NCBI GenBank assembly: GCA_965644295.1
Contig: CBFFRP010000028.1
Span: forward strand, 124,001-188,000
Length of the DNA stretch: 64,000 nucleotides
Source of the DNA: Paraphysomonas bandaiensis
Taxonomy: Eukaryota > Protista > Chrysophyceae
Direction: 5' to 3'
The first letter of the stretch is position 1; every line of letters starts with the position of its first letter. The position numbers and the translations under genes are program-made. Of the stretch, positions 38,601 to 53,151 are shown piece after piece. The notes under the pieces are model-generated. The model searched no databases. It was given only the letters and a program-made list of their open reading frames with translations, and was not told where the DNA came from.

Positions 38601-41600
38601 TCAGTCTGAATCTGCACCGCCCGCAGCATACGCAACTGTGCGTCTCAATACCCCTTTTGTTGGCTTTATCGGAGGTCTCGATGGAACGGGAAGCATAGTC
38701 GAAGGACCATCACCACTGGTGCTGGACATAGAACCACTTGAAATATCTGTAGCCAAACACTCAGATGGTTTGGGTGGATTCTTAAGAGGACTGGATTCTG
38801 GTGGGACAATCCTAGTAGTGGTATGATGTGAGGAAACTATTGCTAGCTTCGTTTTCTCAGCTTTAGAACTGACACAAGCAACTGGGAGGGGCTTAGACTT
38901 TCTATTGCGTGTATCAAATGACCGACGCGGCTCGTTGCTTTGAAGATCGGAGGCATCTGTTCCCTGAGGGGGAACATTACTTATATCAGTAGCTGTTATC
39001 AGCTTCGGAAGCGCTCTGCTATCAGCCCCCTTTTCCACTTCCACTACACGGCGCATATAGCCAGACCGTTTCGGTTGTTTCTCAACAATCCGAGTACTCC
39101 TTGTTGTCCGCGTAGACACTGAAGGGGAACTCGGCGATTTCTCACGGGCATCAACCATCAACTTAAGCCCAGCATTCATACCATCATCAATGCTACTATC
39201 CAGAAGCATAGCACCCAACTGGGACACTGCATCGGGGCCCAAATATTCTAGCACTCGGATAATTATTCCATTTAAGTCTTTTTCAGAAATGGAAGTTGAG
39301 TGGATTGCTGGCCCATTACCACGGTGCCGAGCATTTCCTGGTAGCGTAATGTGAGTCGGACGATCATCATGCATAATTTTACCTTCAATAGAATCAACAG
39401 ACACCTTTAACTTATGCTGCAAAATTTCCTCGATTAAAGACGACACCAAATATCCGCCTTGTCTCAAAGCCTGACTGGCTGTGTAAGATAGTGCGCTTGC
39501 AATTGAACAGATTTTTTGAAAAAGGGTTTCATAATTTTCTCGTGCTTCTTTAACGGATTCAGTTAGAATTTTTTCCTCTCCTTCTAGTGCTTCGCGAGCG
39601 GCAATGCGCGATGCTCTTAAAGATTGATCAGGAGATAATCGCAGCAACAAATCTTCGAGTTCAGGACTAATTACTTTCATTTTACCATTGACAATATCAT
39701 TCATGCCCGCAATAATTATGTCAGTGCATTTCCTAGTGTCCGAAATATCACTCTCTAGTGTTCTTATAGAATTTTCCTTCTCGTTATTTTCTGCAATAGT
39801 AGCTATAATACTGCTATTCAGGCCATCAAGTTTTTCACGAAAAGGTTTCGTGTACATCCCACCAACGTCCAGTGTTTTGTCACGTAGTGCCGACAGCGTG
39901 GCTATGTGCTGCTCAAATGACTCAATTTCAGATTTGACACGGTCAAGGCTGTCCTTACTAAATTTCCTGACCGTGTTTTCTTCGAGATTCATCATATGAG
40001 ACAAAATAGCCTGCTTCAATAGACGTGTGAGAGGAATAGCATCAGGTTCTTCGTCATCATCATCGTCAGCATCGTCATCTTCACTGTCTGCATCATCTAT
40101 CCACAGAAATAAGTGAGCACTATATATCATGTTATACAAAATTTATAACACCTCCAGCATCCATAATATTCATAATTTCTTGAACGAGGGCAGCGTTTTG
40201 TTTTTTCATCTCCATTAAATAAAATCGTTCCCCTGAACTAAGACTATCAAAATAATCAGAGTCCAATTTGCGTCGTTTGTCTGCTTCACTAGCTGTGGAC
40301 GCAGTATTGACGGTTGTTCGAAGAAAAGCGAGCTCTTCGTTTTCCCCGTTATTGATTTTGTCCATAAGATCACGCTTGTGAATATCTTCGTCAATTACGC
40401 GGCGTGAAAACTCAAGTATTAACACAAGTGGTAGTGCAACAGGTAGTACTGTCTTCATCAGAGTGCGGATATCAGCATGAGATCCAAATGATAGCGAAGA
40501 ATCCACGGTAGACAACAGCATATCCTCTAAACTTATACTATCATCTAGCACTTTTAATTCTCCCACATCACTTTCCTTGATCTCAAGTAACCCCAAATAG
40601 TGAAAAAAAAGCTGCAACAGGATTAAGCACAAAAATACCATAGAAAAAGCGTCCATACCATGTAAGAACACATTTGATGTCTATCCTCTGAGAATATTTG
40701 TGGCTGCGAATGTGAGTGTTCAAATCTAGAACTATTCATCCATTCAGCATGCATAGTGTCTCTGACTTTACCATGAACAATCTGTCGAGTCCAGTTTCTG
40801 ACTGTCTCAAGATGTTTGTAAACTCCTACTGACTTCAACATTGACTCTCTTTCACTCACAGCAATATCAACTTTCTTGTAAATATTTCCTGGGTGAAGAG
40901 GTATATGAACACAGCGCGAATCACCACCAGAGCTGGCGTCTTTTTTCGCTTTAGATCCAAGGCCTCGTTTGGACTGCGACGCTTCATGAGATACTTCACC
41001 TTCGTCGAGATCAGGTAAACCGCCAAACACTGAACTCGCGAGCTCCAATCCGCACTCCTCTAAAAACTGAATCATGGTTGGGTGCGTAGTAAATTCAGGA
41101 GTGACGTCATCATAAGTCTGTGGACAACATTCAAAGATAATTCCAATTAACGCAAGTATACACAACAAAATCTTCCGAAAATTGACATGTTTGTTCTGCG
41201 CTAACAATAGTTTTGGGGCAGTCACAAGAACGTTGGACGCGACGGACAGGCAAAGATCTGTCAGAGTGTTCTCAGCTTCATCAGACCGAAGAATTGGTAA
41301 CTCTCTCTTCATGACACTCATTTTCTCTTTTAATGACATCTGGAAATCTTTTTCCATATACGCACCGTCTTCAAGATCAGATACAATCATACGAAGAACC
41401 TCCCAGCCTTCAAGAACATCGCATTTTGGAGAAGGTTCAGTGGGTCCTAAGGTAACCTCCGTTGAGGCACGATGTTTTTTACCTTTTCTTCCCTTTTTCT
41501 TCTTTGCGGCACGATTCTCATCGTCGAACACCTTTTTCACATGCTGACGAGCTAGTCTCAAGTAGGCACCTTCACAGATGTTGCTGAGAGCCGAAGGGAT

Positions 41601-43816
41601 GTACTCCTCCGCGTCCTCTCTCCATATTCTCTCATCCCCATTTTCATCTAATGATTCTCTACCGTCAATGGATACGTTCTCACTGTACGTCTTCTCGGAA
41701 GGTGTAACTCCTTTTGATTCGGTAATCACTCTGTCCTCATTGATTGTTCCCAAATCTGAATGCCGTACAGGTGATGCAACATTCGGCCACTGAGGCTCAT
41801 GTTGAACTCTGATCTCGTCATTACCGTTATTATTTCTCTCCGCTGGAGCTGAAGTACTCTGACTGGCTACAGAAGATTCAGGCACAAGTTTTTTCATTTG
41901 AGATAACCTTGGATTAAGTACAGATCCCCGGGCTCCACCATCCCGGTTTTGCCTGGATATAAAACATGACTACAAGTACTGTCAAGTTGCTACTCTCCCA
42001 CCTTGCCACAGAACGACCGGTAGACATCCTCATAGTGTTTCGGGCGCGGCCCCGCTCAATCTTTGCGGCAACTTTAATTTCGTCTTCTAGGCGCTCGCAT
42101 TGTTCTCTCACAGCAGCAACTCGCGATGAGGCGACATTGTACTCGTATCTGAGTCCTATAAAGGAGACAGCGTAGAAGTTAGTCATACTTCAGTGTATTG
42201 ACAGTGGGGCTACCTTGAAGGTCAACGGATTGTTGAACTTTGATCTCATCCATATCTGCTTGCATCTGTTTGCTCTTCGCCTGAAGACTCCTCATTTCAT
42301 CGCGCGAGTCGTCGGCTTCCATCATAACAGCAGCTAACTCTTTCTCGCGAGCAGCCAGCTCTTCCTCCAGGTCCCGTATGTCCGCCCCAATTCTATGCAT
42401 AATCTACGCCCAATAATGATATAAGGATCAACTAAACTCTAGTACATAGTACCCACACTTTACCTGCTGTATATTACACTGGTGTCCACCGGTATCCCCA
42501 TCTCCCCCTTTATCCTCGGGTCCCATGCCACCAAGCAGCGAACGTAACCACTCGGCCTCCTTGTGTTGTCGAGATAATTCACCTTCTAGCTGAGAAAGAC
42601 GGTCACGCTGACGTTGTATCAGGCGCTCGAACTTCCCCTGGCTAGATTGAAACTTTCCTTCCACTGAATTTCGGATCTTTCCTTCGTCAGTATCCTTTAG
42701 TTCCTCGTCCAGCCTATTGTTCTGGCGATGTAGCTGTGCAATTTGGCCTTCAAACTGTCGAATCTGCTTTGTCATATCAATAGACTTCTGATGTAACTGG
42801 CTTTCCAGCTGCTGGGTCACGTTTGCGCACTGTAAACATAGGCATCAATAAAGATATAGGATAACTGGTGCTAACTGACGTGTTTCTTCCAATGTTCCCG
42901 AGCTGTCCTCAGTTTACGCAGTAGCTCTGAACATATATATCACCAGCACACAAGTGTAGAACACAACGTTTACCCGAAACTATGGCCGCGCTGCTTTCTG
43001 TGTCTACACTCTCTGGAGCAACATCTCCTTTATCTTCCCTTGGGCTTTGAAGGACTTGCGTAGTCCCCATATCATCGTCATCACAAGCGTCGTCATTTTC
43101 TTCGAACGCATCGTCTTCATCGCAAAGCTCTTCTCTATATTGACTTCTATTGTCACTACGATAAAATATCAGCAAGTGAATTATACAGACAATGATCGCA
43201 CCGAAAATCGATACCGAGGGCCTCAAATTCTGTCTTAAATTTTTTGGCCTGCTTACGGAACCACTGGTCTGCTGTTTCCAACTCCTGATAGATTTTATTG
43301 TGCTGAAAGCTTCCCATATAGTGTTCTAAAGAGAGCTACACAGAATATCGTAAGGGTAACAAATAATTACAAATATTTTTCAACCATGGCCTGGGCTCGA
43401 AGAGTTCGATCTTCCAATGTTCGCATTGTCTTGGAATAACCCTGGGCCGGACGCCTCTCAATGCCGAACTGTTTATCAAAATCCATGCTTTGTGTGGCAT
43501 TGACTTTCCTGATTTCCGAATCTATCTTTAATGTACAATCATCAATTTCTTTTTGAAACTGTTGATGCTGTAATTGTCTGTCAAGCTCACGTGCCCCTTC
43601 AGACATAGCCGTTCCTGTCCTCTTCCCGGCAGATGAACTCGCATTTTTTCGGGAAGATGCAGTTCCTGTTCGTCGGTATACAGCTCCTGCACTCTTAGGT
43701 GTCTTGGGAGTATCAGGAATAGCAAAGTTCAGAGCTCTTTCCTCCTCAATAACCGCCTGAGCCTGTTTAAGGGCCTCTGAGGCGGTGCGAATAGCCTCGA
43801 ATGATATCTCCTGCAT
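38601..43816 (-). CDS. Large hypothetical coiled-coil-containing protein (multi-exon)
   Basis: Chain of long minus-strand ORFs (43367-43816 through 40623-41897, 40132-40671 and 38601-40139) linked by short intron-like gaps. No recognised domain. Confidence 0.7.
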
Positions 43817-44265
43817 GTCTATCTCTCTCTTCGATCAGAAAAAGCACACGGCTTTAAAACATGTTTAATATAAACCTGGAGACATTCATTCGGCTTCATA
43901 TGAATAACTCCGTTAAACATCCCTGTACTTGACTGTGTAGCGGTGTACTTATATATACGTACAGAGGTAAACCGGTATAGCAGTACATAAAAGATAACAA
44001 CTCTTGTGTCTGGAGATACTTCCCTGAAAATGCAGCCATGCGGATAAACTCGATGTTGAGTTTTTTCGTCATTCTTCAGAGTTTTAGAAGATGAGATATA
44101 TAAAAAACTAGAAGTTTGGTAAAAATCTACTAAAAAGCCTAGAAATTCAATTATCATTGAGGAAACTTGTAAGTAAAGCAACAGGGATAAGCATACACAC
44201 AGCTATTGATACCGTCACAGGAAGTGGTCATCTATCTTCCTTAAGTAACTGAGACATTAACGTTC

Positions 44266-45463
44266 ATGGAGTGGTGGTGGCTTCAATCCGATAGTTTAGC
44301 TGATATATCAGAGTCACTCGTGCGTGATGGATATGCAGTGGTTGATGGCTTCTTACTGCCGTCTGAGGCCCGCGACCTACGAATAGAGGTAGATATAAAT
44401 ATTCAGAGGGGTCGATGGATATCATGCTTCTCTGCTACTAGGTTCTCGAAGCGTATGCCTCAGGCCTTCTCTCTGAGACTGGTAAAACGGGAGGAGGTCG
44501 ATCCGGGAAGAGCACAGCTTACGAAGATAAGTCTGTAAGAAGTGACCAGTTAGGGTACTTTGATGGCACATCATCGGACTGGGGAAAGGGTGACGTCTTG
44601 TCACGAGCACTTGCAAAAATGGTAAGAGGATAATTTCTTTGGTTTTTATGTGGCCGTTACGAGTACTCAGAACACTATTGTATGCGAGCTAAGGGATACA
44701 AAAAATGTAGAAAGCGGTGAGAATCTCGTACATGAACTTCGCTGTGTTAGCACTCGTTCCCGGGCAATGGTTACATGTTATCCTGGTGGAGGCTCACGGT
44801 ACACAAGACACTGTGATAACGCCATAGGCAACGGTCGCAAGCTAACAAGCATATTATACCTGAACGACGGTTGGTCCCCAAGTGATGGTGGTGAGCTTGT
44901 CCTCTACCCTTCACTGCTCTCGGGTCGCGAGGTGCGTGTGGAGCCTACAATTAACAGATTAGTTTTGTTTTGGTCTGACATACGCTGCCCTCATGAGGTA
45001 TGTGTCTGCTCCCTTTGCACGACATTCACTTGTACAGTTCTATTCCGCTGACGTTTCGTAATAGGTACTGCCATCTCATCGAGATCGCTTTGCGGTGACG
45101 GTTTGGTTTATCGACCGCGAGGAGAGGGATCGGCGTGAAGCTTTGGATGCAGCTGAAATGAATTCAACTGGCACTTCAGATAATTGCACGACCACAACGC
45201 AGCCAGTTTTATCCGGTGAGAGTACTAGTCAGGACGGAACTGGGGCTACCTATCTAATTAGCAACATCACCTGGAAAAGTTATAGTGTATGTGCACTGGA
45301 TGTGAGTAGTGACTGCATCAGAATAACTTCGCAGGATAGTTCATTTGAACCTGTTCTTATTAAGTTACCAGCACCAATTCACCAAAATAGGACAATTGCA
45401 AGCTATAAAAAGAAACGGCAATTGCTGTCTATAAATGTTAGGTTTTCATGTAGCAATACTTAA
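44266..45463 (+). CDS. EGLN/PHD-like prolyl 4-hydroxylase (2OG-Fe(II)) with a C-terminal CS/PIH1-like beta domain
   Basis: DGYAVVDGFL, VRSD, MVTCYPGGGSRYTRHCDN, RKLTSILYLN and FWSDIRCPHEV|LPSHRDRFAVTVWF. Three short introns. Confidence 0.88.
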
Positions 45464-45936
45464 TTTAATGCTTTGAAATAATAAATCGATTTATTCAATG
45501 TGTATGTAGTATATAGTATGCATCGATTCTATGCCTGTGATTTCTGAAGACCTAAAGGCTTCGACTGATTTCAATGTCAAAGCCTGCTGTTTCGTACAGA
45601 TATATCAAACACTGTAAAATACACTTCTTTTACATATATCTTGTTAGCTTTATACTAACTGAAACTCATTTTGTACTCTCTACAAGCAGAGCTTTCAAGT
45701 AGAGCCCTTACATGTCATCGTATAACAGACCTGGCAAAAATATACATAGACGACAAACTTCAATAAAACCACTTATAATATTATTTACTGATGTGATGCC
45801 ATTAGAGTACAGCTTTCTGTGCACATTATAAGGCATTACAGAGATACACATTAACGTATAATCATTAGAGACTCGAGTTTGTTTGGGTTGATCCTAGTCA
45901 TTAGAGTATGCTGGTTACATTTGGGGAAGCATTTGT

Positions 45937-47286
45937 TCATGAGGTATGCTCTAATATCCACGGGTGACTCGCGATATCCTTTAGCTTCATTCTTCGTGAA
46001 CAGTCCTTTACAAGTAGCCTGAAAAATAACGTTATTGGAATACAGTAGCACACGAGTGTAAATGCAATGTACCTAGATATAAGATCGCGAGCACCGTTTG
46101 AAACGGTATTAGGAAACCTTAAGTCCACGTTGCTGATGCGGCGGTACGTGGCACGGGTACCAACTGCCTCAAATGGTGGAGTTCCTACAAGGAACTCGTA
46201 GCAGAGAACCCCAAGACTCCAGATATCGGCAGTTTCATCATGCTCACGCCCCTCTACCATTTCAGGTGGCAAGTAATCAAGCGTACCACATAGAGTTGTC
46301 CGACGAGATGTGGGAGCATGGACAGACCACCCAAAATCTGCGATTTTAATGTCATTCTACCACAACATGTTAGCACAGAAAGATATATTGTCATATATCA
46401 TACTCTCTGTCCAATCAAAAGATTTTCAGGCTTAATATCACGATGAATGACATGCTTCTGATGGCAGTAATCCAATGCTTGCGAAAGATCGAGAATGTAT
46501 CTGCATAAAACAATGAATTCAACATATAAGTAACTTTAAGGGCTGGCATACTTTGCAGTTGTCCGTTCGCTGAATTGGCCTTTGCTAGTTAATACCTTGT
46601 ACAACTCTCCACCCGGAGCAAACTCCAATATCAGATAAATACGGGAGGAATCGTAAAAGTAACCAAATAATCGCAACACATTTTTATGTCTGTACAAACA
46701 CTTTTGATGAGTCATTGTACATTGCAGCGATGAACGAAATATACCTGAGATTCGATTGTATTTCAATCTCGCGTCGAAGTTGATGTTCAACGCCAGCTTT
46801 CAAAAGTTGAGATTTCTTAATAACCTAAGTCACACGGATTGACTTTTACAGAATGAATTTTACTTGTTGAAATAAATACCTTAATAGCTACAATAAATTT
46901 GCTCTTTCTTTCCCTCGCCAAGTAAACATCGCCGAACTTTCCTCTTCCTAGCGGTCTCCCAATTTCAAAATCTCTTAAACTCCATTGTTTTCCTCTGTAT
47001 AAATATAAGCTGAGGATTTTACACCTTATATCGCCTACCTCTTAGCTTTGTCAACCATCTGAGGATCGAGGCCCTCTGACACTTTCTGTGCGTCGGAGAT
47101 AGAATCCTGTTGTACTAATTAGTCAAATCAAAACAATCATAAAGACCAACCGTTGGCATATTTCCTTTATAGCTGGCATTTTCTGAAGGAAGTCGTTAGT
47201 TTATACAAATGTCTGCTTGAACACTCACCGTCACTTTTTCCTGATAGATTCAAAGTCGCCATTCCACTCGTAATGTGCTCAGTCAT
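45937..47286 (-). CDS. AURK: Aurora kinase (multi-exon)
   Basis: [74 protein letters not shown]. Confidence 0.96.
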
Positions 47287-48707
47287 ATTCACAGGAGAGA
47301 GTTACTTATCACGGTGTTGGCAAATATGTGATGGTAGCTTTACAGTCGTGGTATGTGAGTGAGCAGCGCAATCTACATGCATAATATTGATATGCATAAC
47401 ATGCTGCATCATCTAAAGTAGCCGTTGAATGCGTTCAGAGAAATACAGTACTACAAGTGGTATATAGGCGGTATTCTGTGTTTGTGAATTGAAGGCCAGA
47501 AAATATAAAAATAAGGAAAAATATAAAAAAATAAGGAAAAAATATGGAAAAGGGATGAAATGTTGGAAATCTAGAAGTAGCTGTACAGTATGCATATAAT
47601 GATGGAACTCTAGCTACCAGATACGAATCGAACTTGATAGGACTCAAGAGGCAATTGTGAACACGAAACAACAGTGACAATCGAAGGCAAGTGATTGTAA
47701 AGGACGTCTACATGGGCTTGACTCTAGTGGCAGTGATCGCATCATTCAGTAGAGTTCTACCATGAAACTATTCGATAGTATTGCTTGGCTTTATGAGACA
47801 GATATTGGCAGCCTCATACGCATCTGACATCACGTACTGCACCTTATATCCATTCACACCATTCACTATAATATCATATAGGTACCAATATCTATATTGT
47901 ATATTGTATTACCAAACGAGTTGGTTGGGTTGAGATACTGGGGTGAGTCAGTTTGTATCCGTCTGTTTCGTCTCGTCAATGTGTGGTGTTAACTCTTTAC
48001 CGCTTTCGCTAACCAATAAAGTGTGTTCTAACTCATGTACTGCTTTTTCATCCCAATTGTTGTGCCACTCCTCTGCAGACGCTTCGCACTGCCTTTTTCA
48101 AGAGTACACTTAGGATCTCCCATTTCTATCATTCCTTAATTTCTTTTAGAATGATAAATATTCCTTATCTTTTTATCCTTTTTTTCATTAACTATGATCT
48201 AATTTATTTGAATACCTGAGAAACTTTGAATACCCACGGCTTCGTATAGCTCTATAGAGACTACTTTGAACTTAAAATGGCCATAGCATTCGAGAAACGA
48301 CACACTGTATTGAAAATAGTGTATAGTACCTGGTCTCTTGTCGAATATAGTCTTACTCTCTCATAATGTTTAGGATAGGAATAAAAGAACTTCTTGTTCG
48401 TTATCCATAAATATAACTATTTGCTGTGGATATTTTGAATTTTGATAGATATCACTCAATACTCAATAGAACTAGCAGATGAAATTGTCAGTCAAGTGAT
48501 TAATGGTTAACTCAGTTCTAAACTAGGTGATTGTGGGATCGTAATAGACAGTGATATACTTTTAACTTGTAAGTTAAAAGTTAGTCAAATAATACTTTAA
48601 TCCTTAAGCTGGTCAATTACGCAAAATACAACTAAACTCACGCAAGCAAGAAGCCATATTACAATCAATCATTTCGATACTGAAAGCATGATCCTGATTT
48701 TTGTAGG

Positions 48708-49785
48708 TTAAATGTCACCACTCGAAGCCTCCGACTTCTTCCTTTCTGTCTCAAGCTCCTTCTGAATTTCGTCGATTAGGTATTGAACCTGTTACAGCAA
48801 GTCATAAGTTTCGATGCGTGGACAAAAGTACAAATGGGAGAGAAACGCGTCATGTTTGTCAAAATAATCAACATTCATTCTTACTGAATGAATTCAGGTA
48901 AACCACAAGATATCCTTCTAAAAAGGAATGAAGTATGAATTACAGACCTCTGCATCCGAGAGAATAGTATGTGTGATCTTATCGTCATTTCCCTTGCGAA
49001 GAACAGAGAGTTCAATTCTATCAGGGCTGGGGCTTGCGGAGTCAAGGGTCTTTAACAGTACTTTTACGGAGAGCTTAAGGTTAGCATCTATCGTATTATT
49101 CTCAACGAAATCCGTCTTAAGTATGCTCTTTCCTGCTTGGTTATTTTGACCTAAGGGAGAAGTGAGTACGCGCCAAATAGCACACGCGTAGAGCCAACTT
49201 ACCAATCACTGTTGCTTTCCAGCCGCTGAAATTTCCTGAAGGATCGCTCTGATACAACTGGAAGCCGTAGTACCTGTCCCATCCAGCGAATACAAAGGCG
49301 ACACCAAATGGTCGCAAGCCACCGAACTGTGTGTATGCTTGCTTATAATTGCACACAGACTTGACAACTTGCTCCACAGGCATAATCTCTTGGTAGTTAT
49401 ACAAATACCTGGCGTACTCAGTTATCAATAGGACTACATTATTAATAGGTTTTACCTTTGAGATCCCAATCTCGCTTGATGAATAAGAATATTAGCATCT
49501 GCCGTCAGACCAGCGACAAGACAGGAAACATGGTCATCAATTATATATGTCTTCTCGCTTGTTTTGGACGGCTCCAGAAGCTTAGATACTGTACGCTTTT
49601 CGGCAGCTAACACAATACCTTCAGATGACTGCAGACCAACACAAGTTCCAGCGTTATTAATAGCCTCAATTGCATATTCCACCTGATGGAGGCGCCCTGT
49701 GAAATGGTCAGCTCCACCCCCAACAAAATATGCGCCTACCTTCTGGGGAAAATGTAGTAGTGGATTGATCATACCTTCTAGACAT
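48708..49785 (-). CDS. PSMA4: 20S proteasome subunit alpha type-4 (alpha3/PRE9)
   Basis: [51 protein letters not shown] and [16 protein letters not shown]. Four introns. Confidence 0.96.
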
Positions 49786-50091
49786 TGCTTCTTTGTTTAT
49801 AAAAGGAAATTGCCAAAGACGATTCCTATGTTATAGGCTCTAATATATTATCTAAGCAATGAGCCGGAATCAGCATATACATACACGCACACACATCATA
49901 TATACATACATATATGTATATACAGCAACTACTAATATATGCAGATCCGCGCACACACACAACATGCACAACACACAGCAGTGTTGCAGGATAAAATAGT
50001 GTATTCTTCAGTACTACAGTGGTTGTACAAAGTCTGTATTCTATAATACACTCTTGTGTATAGGTATGCATATACAGCCAGTAGAGCATGC

Positions 50092-50296
50092 ATGTATGTA
50101 TGTATGTATGTATGTATGTAGGTATGTAGGTATGTATGTATGTATGTATGTATGTATGTATGTATGTATGTATGTATGTATGTATGTATGTATGTATGTA
50201 TGTATGTATGTATGCATGTATGTATGTATGTATGTGTGTATGTATGTATGTATGTATGTATGTATGTATGTATGTATGTATGTATGTATGTATGTA
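50092..50296. repeat. (TATG)n microsatellite (CATA on the minus strand), about 205 bp
   Basis: Array with a few interruptions, lying between divergent starts at 49785 (-) and 50572 (+). Confidence 0.99.
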
Positions 50297-50571
50297 TAGG
50301 AACAGCTGGGAGAGTGTGTGGGATATATGTGGGATACAGGAGAGTACGGTCCACTGTAGTTCGTAGGGGTTAAGATAATTCTCAGAAGTATATCACTGCA
50401 CTTTCACACTCCATCGAGTTCGTCCTACAGCGGAAAGTATTTCGAACACTTGGAGAGTCGTGCTGATATGAAACCGCATTCAAGTCATTTATTTCACACA
50501 CTGCGAACACAGACGTGCATACGATACCGATATCTCACTAAACCCTTTTAAGGAAACAGTAAACACCCTTT

Positions 50572-51668
50572 ATGATAGTGCCGGAGTTTTGGAAGAACGA
50601 GACACCTGCAGTGGATCCTAAGGACAATACGATTGACTGTGGAGACCTGGATCTATCTGATGACACACACCGACAAACGCTGCGAGAAAAGATGCGTGAT
50701 ATCTTTGATCGCACAGGGTTTGTTGTCGTTACTAATACTGGCTTGACAAGCATGGTGGATATGCAGAATATTGCGAAATTTATTGTAGAGGCTCCAATGA
50801 CATATACAGGGGGTGCCAACAAGCGTAATGGAATTGTTGAGAACGTCTATGAGACGGGCGCACCGAAGGAGGCTCATTTGCAGTATCATCACGGTATGGA
50901 ACAGCATATTGTTACTATTAATGTGTCTTATTGTTGTAATGCGTTGCAGAACTGGCATATTTGTCTAAGAGTACCAAGATGCTTGGATTTTGCTGCGACT
51001 ATGCTGTAAATAATAAAGGCTGGACTTTCGTGTCTGACCAAGTCGGGCTCACTGAAGCCTTTCTCAAAACAGATTTAGGACAGAAACTGAAAGAGAAAGG
51101 ACTGTGTTATATTAGGCACATGACAGATGAAGCAGCTTATGTCAACGCCGACGAGAGTGGTGTATACAACCACTGGCAGAAGTCTTTTGGTACAAGTGAT
51201 GTTGAGGAGGTGGAGAAACTCTGCAAGGAGCGTGGTTTGGTTTGTGAGTGGGGCCCAGACCCCACTGGTCGCCCTGGTCGCTGCCTAACTACAAAGTTCT
51301 ATGCGTCGGCGTATGAGTATTGTCCAGCAACAGACAAGAATATCATGTTCTCTAGCATCGCTGATCACTACCTGTGGTTTGACACATGGCCTGGATTGCG
51401 GGACATTCCTACTCACTTGCGACCGCTGCAAATGAAGTTTGGGGACGACACAGATATAAATGAGGATGAACTTCGCGCTTGGATCGACATATATGATCAG
51501 TTCGGTGTGCCTATTAAATGGAAGGCTGGAGATATCGCTGTCATATGCAACTGGCGCTGGGCACATGGGCGACCTGCATATACACTGGAGGAGGGAGAGC
51601 GACGAAACCTCGGTGTATTACTCGGAGAGACTTTCGATCGTGTCGGGCCCCTCGAGGGGAAATGGTAA
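50572..51668 (+). CDS. TauD/TfdA (clavaminate synthase-like) 2OG-Fe(II) dioxygenase
   Basis: Splicing of intron 50894-50949 restores YHHELAY (HxE). C-terminal WKAGDIAVICNWRWAHGR..Y...ERR. Confidence 0.85.
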
Positions 51669-52225
51669 AATGTATACCATGCAGCAGTCCCAACACTGGA
51701 TATGGTTTCAGTGTAATTGTACACTTTTTTGATATTTTAATTTTTGAAACTTGAAAAATAGCTGTCATTTTAATGCTAACGGTGTTTTTTATTCAATGAT
51801 CATGACTTACGAATAGTAATATTTTACAGTATACACAACTTGGCAACTGCAACTGCAGCGGTGACGTGTACATTGTAACACAAGTAATATTCGTTTATAA
51901 ATTACATTTTCTTACCAACTTGTAATACTCCCAGACTACGTTCTACTATATATCTCGTTCTACAATTATACTAGCCAATACTATAATTTTGAATTGAAGT
52001 ATATTCCTAAAAGGTGGCTTTATATTTTGGGCTTAAGACCTAAAATTTTAAATACGGACAACGGATTAAGAGCGTAGCTACGCAAGTTGAATTTTTTGAA
52101 TTATAGTAGTCGTTACTTGAAGAATATAGTAGTCGTAAACACTATTCCGTATTACATGAACTTCTGATATGAATTTTGTCAGTGAAACTGAAATATATAA
52201 TCTGTATAAGTTCTTAGTAGTGAAT

Positions 52226-53000
52226 GTCTTATTCTTAGCAATAGGCGCTTATGTAAGAGCTAGAACTAATCTAGCATTGCAATTCAACTAACTAGTGCTT
52301 ATCTCTGATATTCTACTATTTAGTCAAGATATATACAATACATTGATATAATACATAACGAAAAGAGATACTGTGAAATCATTTCTTTGGTGCAAAAGCT
52401 TTACGTTACGACACACAGAAATTCATTGATATCACATAGGTGCTTTTGGCTCATACTTTATGAGATAAGAACCTCAAACCTGCGCACCCACATCTTAAAG
52501 AGTCTTAGATTTTAACAATGGAATACCAGAAAGCCCTTCCACATATTCATTGCAACTTATACCCACACATTGAATTTGTTAAATTACCGGACGCTGAGCG
52601 ATGAGGCCATTTCAGAGGACAAAATCTCCAAATCACTTAAAACATATGACGCACAGTACATTTAGGGATATAGAGTTAAGAAGTTCTATATATAATGTCT
52701 GATAATTTAGCAATAGGCATGTAAGTGTTAAACTAAACAGAATTCTATCTAGTACTTATTACTAATATCCTACTATTTGACGCTGCGGAGGCTGCTTGTG
52801 CGTCGCCGCAAGCACCCAGGAGCGGCCACCTCCGCTCTCTATCCTTAAAGTGAAGTAGCCCGGATGCTTGACTTCAGTAGGCAGCCCAATACCCCGGGTG
52901 CCCTTGAGGTGGGCCCTGTTCCGGATGCCTGTTTATTCGTCAAGGCCCAAAGAAGTCTACACAAGTGACACTAATTAGCGTCCCTTGTACCACACAAGCA
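52226..53000 (-). mobile_element. Two further copies of the dispersed repeat (about 52226-52321 and from 52697 onward)
   Basis: TTAGCAATAGGC and ATAT(T/C)CTACTATTT blocks occur in the same order and at similar spacing as at 32776-32925. The right boundary is uncertain. Confidence 0.5.
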
Positions 53001-53151
53001 CTAGACTATGAGTGGGCAGATATATCTCTTGTACTTATCCCCCATAACACCACGACAAGGTGCGAGTCCGACTTTGTTGAGGGAAGAAGTTCTAGTGATA
53101 CAATCAGAACTGTCACAATTGAAGCAAACCGTAAACTATCAGCAGGTTAAA

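Noticed and set aside
18452-47286. Cell-division cluster (centriolin, Vta1N-CDPK, Aurora)
   Set aside because: The genes are interspersed with unrelated genes, so co-location cannot be distinguished from chance.
16-51668. P450 plus three 2OG-Fe(II) dioxygenases as a biosynthetic gene cluster
   Set aside because: They are unrelated subfamilies spread over 50 kb among housekeeping genes, and no backbone synthase is present.
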